Shown: positions 1-13,093 of the stretch, piece by piece | How positions within the stretch are numbered: position 1 is the first letter of the stretch | Layout of the letters: the number at the start of each line of letters is the position of its first letter | Source of the DNA: Octopus sinensis | Taxonomy: Eukaryota | Assembly (NCBI RefSeq): GCF_006345805.1 | Contig: NC_043010.1 | Location: forward strand, 9,362,001 to 9,426,000 | Reading direction: 5' to 3' | Length of the DNA stretch: 64,000 nucleotides | Notes under the pieces: generated by a model | The model's input: the letters and a program-made list of their open reading frames with translations, nothing else | The model's database searches: none | Told to the model about the DNA's origin: nothing | Program-made: the position numbers and the translations under genes

Positions 1-65
1 GATAATTTTTTAATCAGCATCGATTTTTCAGAAATCCTGAGCAACAATGGGTATCTCTGCAGTGT

Positions 66-98
<33 letters not shown>

Positions 99-260
99 CA
101 TACATATATATATACATATATATTATATTAAATTAGAGATAAAACCACTATTAGGCAAATCAAACAATGAAAAACTTAAGCCAATACATAAAATTAATTA
201 ATTTATATTATTTTAAATATATATCAAAAGTATTAAAAGTTTAATAAAAGATAATGAGTA

Positions 261-335
261 AAACACTACGATCGTTTCATGGCTGTCCAATTCGTAATAA
301 TTCGAGTTATGGTTACAGTCAATCTTCAGGTAATT
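261..335 (-). ncRNA. Minimal hammerhead ribozyme-like motif inside a (TA)n-flanked repeat cassette (about 120-365)
   Basis: Minus strand: aattac CTGAAGA ttgactgt...acagccat GAAAC gatc GTA gtgttt. Both core halves are intact, helix III is the palindrome ACGATCGT, and the triplet is GUA. Confidence 0.6.
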
Positions 336-582
336 GAAATATTTATCTTAGCGAGGTTTAGCATATATATCTTTATATATATATATACAAACATATATAT
401 ATATACACACACATCATATATATATGTGTATATATATGTGTGTGTGTGTCTATATGTATATATGTATATACATATATGTTTATGTTTGTGTACGTGTGTG
501 ATTGTGTTTACATACATACCAATATATAAATATATATGTAAGCACACATGCAGACATACACACATATACATACACAAGCACA

Positions 583-639
<57 letters not shown>

Positions 640-837
640 AGAGAGAGAGAGAAAGAGAGAGAGCAGATCCTATCAGTAACACTTTTATAAGTGGCATTTT
701 GACAGATTAAACTGGCAGAATCTATTTGGAGTAATCAGTAGTGTGATTGCACTTTTCTTTTTATTATGTATTATCTAACTTTAGCATTATTTACCTTTTT
801 GCTTCCTTAATCCTTTTATAGCTATCAGTCTTAATAT

Positions 838-1236
838 TAAAGTTTATTTGCCAACATAATGTGGCAGTCCTATACAAGGACGATGTTACTGTTATGTAGC
901 CCCTTTTTCCTGTTGGCTACCAGCACACAGTTTGCGGCTGTATAGTATACACAAGGGAGGTCATTGCATTCCATCTCTAGCCTTATGTGATACACATAGA
1001 CCTAGGTTTCTGAGAGCCAGTAATTTTCTCACACTGAGGATGGGTAACTACCCAGAAACCTAGGTCTGTGAGTATCATGTAAGGCTAGGGATGGAAGTGA
1101 TGACCTTCTTTGCATATACTATACGGGCACAAACTGTGTGCCGGTAGCCAACTGGGAAAGATATTTTTCTGGGACTAAGTAACAGTAACATCGTCTCTGT
1201 ATAGCACTGCCACATTATGTTGGAAAATAAACTTTA
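838..1236. mobile_element. MITE with long (about 180 bp) imperfect inverted arms
   Basis: taaagtttatttgccaacataatgtggcagt... at 838 pairs with ...actgccacattatgttggaaaataaacttta at 1236. Confidence 0.8.
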
Positions 1237-1335
1237 CTATTCGGTACTGTTACCGTATATCTCTCGCTCAAAGATTTAAAACAATTTGTTTTTCTCTTTA
1301 GTCTTAATATTCTTTTAACATAATTAGTGCAGGAG

Positions 1336-1535
1336 TGGCTACACACAGAGGGGACAAACAAGGACAGACAAACGGATTAAGTTGATTAAATCAACCCGAG
1401 TACGTAACTGGTACTTATTTAATCGACTCCGAAAAGATGAAAGGCAAAGTCGAATTTAAACTCAGAACGCAGCGGCAGACGAAATACTGCTAAGTATTTT
1501 GCCTGGCATGCTAATGTTTCTGCCAGCTTGCCACC
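1336..1535 (-). mobile_element. tRNA-derived SINE family B (about 230 bp)
   Basis: GAGCTGGCAGAAACGTTAGC...GTTCTGAGTTCAAATTC...GACTTTGCCTTTCATCCTTTCGGGGTCGAT...; multiple copies. Confidence 0.8.
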
Positions 1536-2035
1536 TATAAAACTAGTTTTTAAACACCAAATGGCTGTGGGGGATCCACCAGAATAGAACAGTAATCAAA
1601 GGGATCCATAAACAAAAAGTAGTTGAGGACCTCTGCTATAGATTCTCTATCCTAGCACTTAATGTTAGAGCTTAGGCATTCGGTTTGGCTGACAAACTTA
1701 TTGTATGTGCCTATTATATGTGATCATCATCATAATTTAATGTCTGTTTTCCATGTTTGCATGGGTTGGACGGTTTGACTGAAAACTGGTAAGCCAGGGA
1801 GCTGCACCAGGTTCTAATCTGATTTGCCATGGTTTCTACACCTGGATGTCCTTCCTAATGACAACCACTCCAAGAGCGTAATGGATGCTTTTTACATGCC
1901 ACCGATACCCATTATGTATTTATATTACTGCACTTCGTTGATAGGCATGCATTGGTTTTGGGGGTTTTTTTCTCTAAAATCTCACATAGTTTAACTTCAA
2001 AATTTAATTTGAACTATAAGTACCATTTGAACTAT

Positions 2036-2339
2036 AAGCACGTAAAAAGCACCAACCGATCGTGGCCGTTGCCAGCCTCGCCTGGCCTCCGTGCCGGTGG
2101 CACGTAAAAAGCACCATCCAACTGTGGCCGTTTGCCAGACTTGTCTGGCACCTGTGCAGGTGGCATGTAAAAAGCACCCACTACACTCATGGAGTGGTTG
2201 GCGTTAGGAAGGGCATCCAGCCGTAGAAACACTGCCAGATCAGACTGGGCCTGGTGCAGCCTTTTGGCTTCCCAGACCCCAGTTGCACCGTCCAGCCCAT
2301 GCTAGCATGGAAAGCGGACGTTAAACGATGATGATGATA
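2036..2339 (+). mobile_element. Retroposon family C ((GAT)n tail, about 60-bp internal tandem subunits)
   Basis: GTAAAAAGCACC x3, then GGTTGGCGTTAGGAAGGGCATCCAGCCGTAGAAAC...GGACGTTAAACGATGATGAT. Reverse copies near 1727-1900, 8030-8330, 47127-47432, 47983-48195 and 59783-60045. Confidence 0.85.
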
Positions 2340-3261
2340 AGCTTGTTTTTGAATATGGATTTAAATGGCTGTAATTTCAAATACAACCACCTTCCTCTTA
2401 AATTTCTTCGTGTCCTTTCAATGTTATACTTTCTCTGCTCCTTTCTTTTGTTTCCTTTTAAACTATTTTATTATGCCGCAAACAGATGTTTTCACATTTG
2501 TTCCGAAAAAATTGAAATTACTGAATAACGTTTATAAATAAATTTACAAACTTATAAACTAATAAATAAATTAGTAAATTTTTTTAAATATTGAGCACTT
2601 TAGTTAATTTGCAAATACTATTGTTTCTAAAAACAATTACATTATATATGTATTAAATGTTTTAATCTTTTGAAAAGTCAAAACAATGCTAATTGTATAC
2701 AAAAAAATATATACATACACACACACACATGCATATACACACACACATACATACACACACACACCACACATACATACACACACACATACATACACACACA
2801 TACATACACACACATACATATACACACACATACATACACACACATACATATACACACACACATACATACACACACACATACATAAACACACATACATACA
2901 TACACACACACATACATACACACACACACACATACACACACATACATACACACACTTACATACACACACATATAGACATATTCAAAAAGTTTTTACAATG
3001 AATTCTTTATATGGCCATAAAAAAATATAGATTTTCTTAAATTAAAAATTATTAGTCATAAAAAAAAAACCAAATCTTGAAAAAAAATAATAAAGAAACA
3101 GAACGACACAAATCTTTTGAAGGAAGTTTTCACATTGTGTGTAAGCACTTTTGCTGTTGACAACTTTTTAGGCCCACCTCTTATGGAATAATCTGTCTAG
3201 AAGTTGTTTTGTTGTGGTATACTTTTGGATTGAGGATTCTTATAAAATATTCTTCATTTGC

Positions 3262-3666
3262 CTTTACTGTTTACTGTTTTACTGTTTTACTTGTTTCAGT
3301 CATTTGACTGCGGCCATGCTGGAGCACCGCCTTTAGTCAAGCAAATCGACCCCGGGACTTATTCTTTGTAAGCCCAGTACTTATTCTATCGGTCTCTTTT
3401 GCCGAACCGCTAAGTAACGGGGACATAAACACACCAGCATCGGTTGTCAAGCAATACTAGGGGGACAAACACAGACACACAAATATATATATATACATAT
3501 ATACGACGGGCTTCTTTTAGTTTCCGTCTACCAAGTCCACTCACAAGGCTTTGGTCGGCCCGGGGCTATAGCAGAAGACACTTGCCCAAGATGCCACACA
3601 GTGGGACTGAACCCAGAATCATGTGGTTGGTAAGCAAGCTACTTACCACACAGCCACTCCTGCACC
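3262..3666 (-). mobile_element. tRNA-derived SINE family A (about 400 bp, internal TA/TG microsatellite, GTAAAAGA tail)
   Basis: Head GCAGGAGTGGCTGTGTGGTAAG...GGTTCAGTCCC; tail GCTCCAGCATGGCCGCAGTCAAATGACTGAAACAAGTAAAAGA; many copies in the window. Confidence 0.9.
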
Positions 3667-3704
3667 TTTCATTCTAATTTGTAATATAATTTGCAGAAAC
3701 ATAA

Positions 3705-4030
3705 TAGGAGCACTCTGTCAGTTACAATGACGAGGGTCCCAGCTGATACAATCAACGGAACAGACTGCTCATGAAATTAACGTGCAAGTGACTGAGTAAT
3801 CCACAGACACACGTACCCCTAACGTAGTTCTCAGGGAGATTCAGCGTGAGAGAGAGTGTGACAAGGCCGGCCCTTTGAAATACAGGTACTACTCATTTTT
3901 GTCAGGTGAGCTGACTGGAGCAACAACATGAAATAAAGTGTCTTGCTCAAGGACACAATGCGTCACCAGGAATCAAACTCACGACCTTACAATCATGAGC
4001 TGAATGCCCTAACCTCTAAGCTATGCACCT
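3705..4030 (-). mobile_element. Chimeric SINE: family-E head plus module F tail
   Basis: E-type head (gtccttgagcaagacacttta...cagctc) joined to module F. Confidence 0.75.
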
Positions 4031-5780
4031 TAGTAGTTTGGCAAAAGGGAAGAACAGAATAGGTACCAAGCTTAAAAAAAACCCCCCAAAAACAAGTACT
4101 AGCGCTGATTTACTCAACTAAGCCTTTCAAATTGGTGCTCAAGCATGGCTGCAGTCCAGTTTCTAAAACAGGAAATAAAGATGTCATTCAGTACACCAGC
4201 TTCAACTAGAATTTATCTAAATTCTTGCTTTGGCCCACATGAGTTATTTCCCCGCATTTAGTTTTTATTAATTATCAGCTCTGGTGAAACTTGATATCAG
4301 AATGTCAAAGGAGAATTACTAGATACAATGCATTTAATGCCAAGAGGCTATGGCGTCTTACCATTTCAACATCTTCGTGACTTTGACATATTTAATAGTA
4401 GTGTATTAGATTTCTGCAAATTATATTATGTGAAGCAGAATGATCTAAATGTCAATTAAACAAAAGTGGAAAAAAAAAAAAAGTTTGCAAATAAACATTA
4501 AACCATTAAAATGAAAACATGTGTTCATAATTATTTAATGACACTAATTATCCATGTTAAAACCTAGCTTGATTTGAATAAATCACCAAAGCAAAAGTGA
4601 AGTCGTTATATATTAAAACAGAGATATACTTAATGAATTCAGAAATGAATAACAAACATAGTTCAATAGATTTTTCTTCTTGGAAAAGGAAAACACAGAA
4701 CAGATGGTTGATTTTTTTGGTACCTAATTAAGTTAAATTACCTTTTATAAAGTGGAGGCGCTTGGTGTAGTTGGTTAGGGTGTTGGACACATGATTGTAA
4801 GATTTTGGTTTCAATTCCTGGACCAGCAATGTTGTGTGTTCTTGAGCAAAACACTTCAATTCGCATTGCCCCAGTCCACTCAGCTGGTAAAAATGAGTAA
4901 GCCTGTTGTGGACTGGTATCCTATCCAGGGAGGAATATAAATGCCAGAGAAACTGAAAAACCGGCCTTATGATTTTTGTGGAGTAATGTAAACTAAACCA
5001 CTCTTATTTCTTTATTGCCCTCAAGGGGCTAAACATAGAGGGGACAAACAAGGACAGACAAAGGGATTAAGTCGATTACATCGACCCCAGTGCGTAACTG
5101 GTACTTAATTTACAAGCTGAAAAAACATTAAGAGTGCTTTGCTACAGATATTACATTGATATGGTTTATTCTTTGTATGAAAGTGTTTAGGAGTAATTAA
5201 GGTACTTCATTTTGAGAATAACTTACCTCAGATATCATGGCTATATAATGGTGTTGTGTTCTGCTATATTTCTTCAGCTTAATATAATCTCTGTATTATT
5301 CTGTTCAACTAAAGTTACTCAGCTGTACATTTTTTATTTTGTCACTTCATTCATTTGATAATTTTCTCCTATTCATTCCTGGGCAAATTTCAAGATTGCT
5401 TTTGCACCGGCTTCAAAAACTTAATTCCATGATATTGCCTGTGGTTGTATGCATGTGTGTGTGTGTGCGTGTGTGTGTGTATGCATGCATGTTCATGTAT
5501 ATGTTTGTGTGTGTGCATGCATGCATGTATGTACATGAAACTGTGTGTATGTGTATATGCATAAATGCATAAAAGTATATGTGTGCATATGTGTTTATTG
5601 TGTGCATTAGAAAGACAAAGTTTACAGTTATTACTGTTTGTAATATATTTTGCCTGTGTTGGTTAAAGTTTTAAAAAATCCTCATTCCACTAATCAGTTT
5701 ATGTGTATCTAAAGAAAAATATTTTCTGAACATAGCTTTGGGAGTGGATTCTGTAGACGGAAACAAAAAGAAGCCTGTCG

Positions 5781-5821
<41 letters not shown>

Positions 5822-5974
5822 ATGTGTGTGTGTGTGTGTATATATATATATGTATATATGTATATATATATAATTAATGCTTAAATGAGGGTGAAAAATT
5901 GGATATTAATTTGATTAACATCAATTTAAAACCAGTGGTCTAGCATATTAAAAAACTGTGCACATGTGTTCTGT

Positions 5975-6450
5975 CATCATTGCTCTATGGAAGTGAGACA
6001 TGGGTTGTTTATCATAAGCATTTGGACTATTTGGAACGATTCCATCAATAGTGTCTTAGGAAAATTCTTGGGATGAATTGGAGAATGGTGATCTGTGATG
6101 TAGAGGTATGTGAAAGAAGCTGCATTCGGAATGTGGAATCGATCATTCTGCAAAAGTTGTTTGAGGTGGGGTGGACATAAGGTGAGAATGACTTATAAAA
6201 AGACTTACTAAGCAACTTTTGTATGGTGAACTGGAAGATTGTAAAAGCATGCACGTAAACCCAAAATGAGGTTCAAAGATTGCCTTAAAGCTGCTTTGAC
6301 ACAGACAGGAATTTCAGGTTTTAATTGGGAGAGAGAAGCACAAGACCAAAATGAATGGAGGAAAAGAGTGCACAGTGGTTGTTTGAAGTTTGAAAGAGAG
6401 AGAATGAAGCACAAAAAGATCAAAAAAAAGCTTAGAAAGAACGGACCAAT
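5975..6450 (+). mobile_element. RTE-clade LINE, decayed ORF 3' part
   Basis: LLYGSETW...LERFHQ*CLRKILGMNW...QLLYGEL...RFKDCLKAAL...W, the RTE RT C-terminal pattern. Confidence 0.8.
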
Positions 6451-6569
6451 AGAAAATGAAGAAGTATTGTTTTTATATGTGTGATTTGTAGGAGGAAATG
6501 TCTGAGTTATGCAAATCTGGTCAGCCATCAGAGAAGTCACAGGAAACAACATCAACGCCTTGTAAACTT

Positions 6570-7142
6570 GCGAGGTATACTTGCCATCTCAATAAGGCTA
6601 ACCACTAATGGTGGGTGTTACTGTAGCTTTTAGCCCCAGGAGATCATCGTCTCTAGCTGGCTTTAGGCACACTTTCTGTGCCCTTATGGTATTTGCAAAG
6701 GGAGGTCATCCCTCTCTCGTAAACCTAAGTGATACGCACGGACTGCAGTTTCTAGGTATTTGCCTGTCTTCGGCGTACGGCAATCACTGGTTTTCGATGA
6801 AGGGATGTCCCAATGCAAATACTTTTATCGTTTTTCCAGTAACTTTTCGTCACTGATTTCGAAAAAGTGTCTGGAAGCAATAATAAATCTCTGAACGAGG
6901 TATAAACAGTAACTGCACGACAATGTGAGGTATACTTGCCATCTCAATATGGCTAACCACTAAGGGTGGGTATTACTGTAGCTTGTAGCCCCATGAGATC
7001 ATCGTCTCCAGCTGGCTTTAGGCACACTTTCTGTGCCCTTATGGTATTTGCACCCTTAGTGGTTAGCCATATTGAGATGGCAAGTATACCTCACATTGTC
7101 ATGCAGTTACTGTTTATACCTCGTTCAGAGGTTTATTATTGC
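6570..7142. mobile_element. Rearranged MITE-like element: direct duplication plus a 92-bp inverted repeat (6877-6968/7051-7142)
   Basis: Arms differ at 2 positions; 6573-6700 repeats directly at 6926-7050; the interior resembles the 838-1236 element. Confidence 0.8.
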
Positions 7143-7840
7143 CTTGTAAATTGTTTTACAGCTATTGGTCACAACAGAACATGTGTAATCTGTGGAAAGG
7201 TGTGCCGTTCAGACGGAGGACATGTCAAAAGTCTTCATAGTTGTGGCACTTGTTCCTTCTGCCAGCCAGCACAACTGTGCATTATGCAATTAAATGTGCA
7301 AAATCGTTGGCATATATAAGCGATATATAAGGGCCTCATATTTCATTATCAGTGACTCATTTCAAAAATTCTTTCCAGCAATGGCTTTGCTTATGTATGA
7401 GAATACAGCCATTCTGTATGCATATATGTTTATACATATACATACATGCACAGATGCATGTGGAATAAACAAAAACTGGTACTTATGAATACAAATACCC
7501 AGCGATATTTATGCTGTACGACTAGCTAAGTTTATCAGCTGATATGCCAATTTTCGATCTATATCTTTTATCTTACTAGATAATGGAATATATATCAGAC
7601 AAATTATTTAAGTCAATATAATTGACGAAAGCACTCAGAGTAGTCTGCTTCAGTATGGCTACATTCCTGAAACTGAAACCAGTACAGGCATTAAATAATT
7701 TGGTCAACTATCATCATACCTTAGTTCAAATGTGTTCAAATACAGCAAGCCAGAACTACTAAAACCAGCAACAGCTGTAATAGCAGCAGCAGCATGCAAC
7801 CTTACTCGTGTTTACAAACATTGCATGTTACTCTCCCTGA

Positions 7841-7903
<63 letters not shown>

Positions 7904-8751
7904 GAGAGAGAGAGAGATAGGTATATAGACATATCTTGTGTATATATAATATTGCATGTATGGAAAATGTAAATGTGTGTGTGTGTATACATATATATAT
8001 ATATATATGTATGTATGTATATATATGTATCATCACCATCATTTAATGTCCACTTTCCATGCTGGCATGGGTTGAACGGTTTGCCTGAAACCTGGTAGGC
8101 TGGAGGGCTGCACCAGGTTCCGATCTGATATGGTAAGGTTTCTATGGCTTGATGCCCTTCCTAATGCCAACCATTCCAAGAATATAGTGGATGTTTTCTA
8201 CATGCCACCGGTATGGGTACCATTGACCCGACACCAGCCATGACTATGGTCACACTTAGCTTGACAAGTCTACACAAGCACGGTATATCGCCAAAGGTCT
8301 TGGTCACCTGTCACTGCCTCCATGAGGCCCAACACTCAATCAGTACTTTTTACAATTCCATTGGCATGGGTTCCAGTCAGACAGCACTGGCTTCAGCTAC
8401 AACTATGACTTCACTCAGTTCAAGAGGTCCTCACAAACACAGAATATCACCCAACTATTGAAGGATGCTTTTAACAGGTCGGTTACACAACACTAGCACC
8501 AGTCATGTATGTATATATATGTATATATATATGCATCAATATAGTTTAAGAGAGGTAATGGTGTCAGTGAGACCTAAAGGTGTCAGGTAATGCTGAATAA
8601 GTGCTATGACTAGACCACAGTTGAGTTCCAGGTTCGGTAATTATGTGAGTCCAATGTAGGTCATATATCAGAGTGTGTATAATATATATCTCAATATATC
8701 TATATCCATATATCAGTATCTATCTATCTATCTATCTATCTAACTGTATAT

Positions 8752-8782
<31 letters not shown>

Positions 8783-8859
8783 TCATACATATATATATAT
8801 ATGTGTGTGTGTATATATTTATATATATATATTTCCATATATCAGTATCTATCTGACTG

Positions 8860-8890
<31 letters not shown>

Positions 8891-8944
8891 GTGGTGTTGA
8901 GCACTCATTCTCATTGTTCAATATTAAAATGTAAATAATTAATA

Positions 8945-9212
8945 TATATATATATATCATCATTTAACATCTGTTGTCCATGGTGGCATGGGTTGGATGG
9001 TTTGACCAGAGCTGATAAGCTGGAAGGCTGCACCAGACTCCAGTCTGATTTGGCATGGTTTTCTATGGAAGGACATCCAGCCATAGAAAACCATTCCAAA
9101 TCAGCCTTGTGTCTGGTGCAGCCTTTCAGCTTACCAGCCCTGGTGAAACCGTCCAACCCATGCCAGCATGGACAACAGACATTAAATAATGATGATGATG
9201 ATATATATATAT
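8945..9212. repeat. Fold-back palindrome of two family-C 3' ends
   Basis: Arms 8945-9068 and 9081-9212; 12-nt spacer aaggacatccag. Confidence 0.85.
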
Positions 9213-9416
9213 ACATACATATATACATACATACAATACTGTACAAACATATACAAGTTATGTGTTTTGCCAGTTCATGGGCAGGCTGCGATAATAGGAA
9301 TAAGAGAATATATTCTCTTATACCTATAATTGAGGCCTGCCTGTGAACTGACAAAACGCATGACTTGTGTATGTGTGTTTGATATTGTTTATATCTCTCA
9401 TGTTAAAAGTGCTAGT

Positions 9417-9636
9417 TTCATAAAAGTGCTAGTTATGACCGTAGTGCAGAATAAAGAAGATGGCTGCTGTAGGAAAACTAAAGTAAGTAAATTGGAAATG
9501 ATAAAAACAAAGTAAGTAAGCAATATCAGAAACACGTACACAATCAAATGGATGTGGTGTTTCCCAGTTCCATAACAGGTGCTTTACAAAGTGTTTACAT
9601 TTCTCAAAATTCTCTGATCTAGTATTTAACTAGAGA
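9417..9636. repeat. 220-bp direct duplication, copy 1 (copy 2 at 13094-13313)
   Basis: cataaaagtgctagttatgaccgtagtgcagaataaagaagatggctgctgt...tagaga is near-identical at offset 3677. Confidence 0.92.
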
Positions 9637-11347
9637 CTGCTTCTCATGTATATTTTGAATTTGTGTATGTGTGTATGTTGGGGGGGGGGGTACATGCATG
9701 TGTGCATGCACATGCGTGTGTGTGTGTGTGTGGTGTGACCATTTTTTCTACTTGGCAGTGGTTTAGCAGAATAAGTAGAACATGGGACAAGTTACCTGCC
9801 GTATTTAGTTACATCTCTTTTATGATCTATAGTTCAAATGATACCAAAGACAATGTTACCTTTTGTCCTTCAGTGGTCAATAAAATAAATTACAATCATG
9901 CACTGAGGTCAGTTTAATATTCCTATAATGTTTCTGAGGTGTGAATAGAATCCATAACATGTTAGACTAAGTCTAAGTCTACCTTTCTCTCTCTTTTATT
10001 TTTTGATTTCCTTATTTTTTTACCCTCTCTCCCTTTCTCTCCTTTTCTTTTCTTCCTCTCCGATAAATTAAAGTTTCCTCAACATATTGAAAGAAAGCAA
10101 AGTAACAACTTAATAATCATAATTTACAACAATCAATCTCTATTCCATTGTCATTAAAATAGACTTGTCTACTTCCTTCACTAAAGGCAAAAATGATAAC
10201 ATTACGTTTCACAAATCCGCATATTCTTACCATTTAATCAGTCTTTCTTCTCTTCAGTACTTCAAGACTTTCTTTGACAATCACATCTTCCTTCACCAAT
10301 TGCCAGAGTTGCCAAATAAGATTATTTGTGTTGTTCAATAAACTATAAAAAAAAAAAAAAAAAAAATCAAAACCAAGAACAAAAATGGAAGGCAAATGTT
10401 GTCATCTGAAATGAAATGCAATGAAATGTTATTTTTATCATTTTATTTGTGTCACTTGAATAAGTCCAACCATCTTCACTACCCTCAATCAACATGCTAC
10501 ATCACTTCGAATGCTTATTGATGAATGTAAACCACAACTTGCAGCTTTCACTTATTCTAATGAAATTGCCTCAGGCCTCACTCATTCTATTTGGATAATT
10601 ATTTTAGAAAAATCTGACGGTGGGTGGGAGGAAAGTGGGGGGTGTTACGCTTCTTCTGATCAAGAATCAAGAATATCAGAAGGAAGATGGAAAGAGAAGA
10701 TGAAATGAAAGATCGAATGAATGAATGAATGAATGAATGAATAAACAAATGAATGGAATAAAATAAATAAATAAATATAAGTTGGAAAATGCAGAAATCT
10801 AATGAAAATGACTCAGGTTTAGTTCTTAGTGAGATTTTGTCTTGAGATCCATCTCAAGTGATCTCTGTTGACTGGACAAATTATTTATACCTCTGATTCC
10901 CAAATGCATTGTGTCAAGAATAACATTACATTTCCTGCACTCCTTGTGAAAGTGGACACAGGAAATAAATAAGATATCAAAGAAACGGAAAAGAAAAGGA
11001 AGAGCCACAAGAGAATCACAAATTGTAGATAGTAAAACAACAACAACAACAAACAACAACAACAACAACAAAAGAAAGTACAACAGCAACAATTCCAACA
11101 ACACTGACCACACAAACAATCAGAAAAAAATAACATTAACAACAATAACATAAGTAACAATGCTGTTGAAGTGATAGTAACATTGAGAGAGAAAAAACAA
11201 AAGGAACTCATTTCACTGGGAAAAAAAAAATAGACTTTTAAAACTGAACTAGGAATGAAGTTATTATAGACGTTTCACTCTGTCTGTCTGTCTGTCTGTC
11301 TCTCTGTCTTGGTGTTCCAGTCTGTCTCTCTGTGTGAATATATATAC

Positions 11348-11384
<37 letters not shown>

Positions 11385-11476
11385 TAGATAGATAAAACTT
11401 ACTTGGAAGGGGATGCGTGGCGTTCAATCATATAATAACAAATTAATAAATAATGTAATGTAATGTTATTGTATAA

Positions 11477-11510
<34 letters not shown>

Positions 11511-11527
11511 ATAGATATATATATGTA

Positions 11528-11559
<32 letters not shown>

Positions 11560-11574
11560 ATATATATATATATA

Positions 11575-11628
<54 letters not shown>

Positions 11629-12009
11629 CTATATATATATATATGTATATATATATATGTATACATGTGTGTGTGTTGTATATAAATATTGATATACTAT
11701 AAGCTTAAATAAGCTTAAAGCTTATAAGCAATCACCATGCAATGATTAAAGAAAATAGTCTAATATGCCCCTAACATATCCGTTAGGGGCATATAAGCCC
11801 CTAACAGATATGTATGTATGTGTGTGTGTGTGTGTATGTCTTCATCATCACTTTAACATCCACATTTCCATGTTTACTTAAGTTGGACAGAGTTTATTTC
11901 TAAAGGGTTAAATCTAAGAATAAATTAAAATCAAGGGAATCATCAGCTGTTAAAAGGTGTATGCATTTTCAGGACCCCACTGTATATACACGTGTCTCTC
12001 TGAGTATGT

Positions 12010-12024
12010 GCATGCATGTGTGTG

Positions 12025-12055
<31 letters not shown>

Positions 12056-12284
12056 TTGTATGTGTGTGTGTGTGTCTGTATGTGTGTGTGTTTGTATGTG
12101 TGTGTGTGTTTGTATGTGTGTGTTTGTGTGTGTGTGTATGTGTGTATGTGTGTTTGTGTGTTTATGTGTGTGTTTGTGTGTGTGTTTGTGTGTATGTGTG
12201 TGTGTGTGTTTGTATGTGTGTGTTTGTGTGTGTGTGTGTATGTGTGTGTGTGTGTGTTTGTGTGTGTATGTGTGTGTGTGTGTT

Positions 12285-12316
<32 letters not shown>

Positions 12317-12390
12317 TGTGTGTGTGTGTTTGTGTGTGTGTGTATGTGTGTGTGTGTGTATGTGTGTGTGCGTGTGTTTGTGTGTGTGAA
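12010..12390. repeat. (TG)n-derived microsatellite; similar CA/TG fields at 2710-2975 and 20750-21260
   Basis: Direct reading. Confidence 0.97.
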
Positions 12391-12556
12391 TATACACTTG
12401 CTGTGTAAATATATGTCTGTATTTATAAAGCAATAGGAATTAAATTCTTATATAGGCAATCATTGGGTTTGTGTTCTTGCTTTCCAGATGCTGCTGAACT
12501 TCACATTGTATAAACCATTATGAGAAATAGTTTTGAAAAGAATGTGGCTGTGTGGA

Positions 12557-12938
12557 GGCGCAGGAGTGGGTGTGTGGTAAGTAGCTTGCTAACCAGCCAC
12601 ATGGTTCCGGGTTCAGTCCCACTGCGTGGCATCTTGGGCAAGTGTCTTGTGAGTGGATTTGGTAGATGGAAACTGAAAGAAGTCTGTCGTATATATGTAT
12701 ATATACATGTGCGTGTGTGTATGTGTTTGTGTGTCTGTGTTTGTCCCCCTAGCTTTGCTTGACAACCGATGCTGGTGTGTTTACGTCCCCGTCACTTAGC
12801 GGTTCGGCAAAAGAGACCGATAGAATAAGTACTGGGCTTACAAAGAATAAGGCCTGTGGTCGATTTGCTCGACTAAAGGCGGTGCTCCAGCATGGCCGCA
12901 GTCAAATGACTGAAACAAGTAAAAGAGTAAAAGAGTAA
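12557..12938 (+). mobile_element. SINE family A
   Basis: Same head and tail; internal deletion at gtctt|gtgag. Confidence 0.9.
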
Positions 12939-13093
12939 GCTACTCTCCATATTAAAGAGAATAATTTTTACTCAGCATGTGTTAGTTATGTTTCCTAAAT
13001 GTCTCTAGTGTGGTAATGAAATGTTTGGAAACTCTGTATTTCCATGAAGTTGAGAAGGAACAAAATGTTATATGTGATAAAGAAAGATTAAGT

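Noticed and set aside
11763-11794. 13-bp perfect hairpin atatgcccctaac/gttaggggcatat
   Set aside because: Could be a Helitron end or MITE remnant, but no supporting termini were found.
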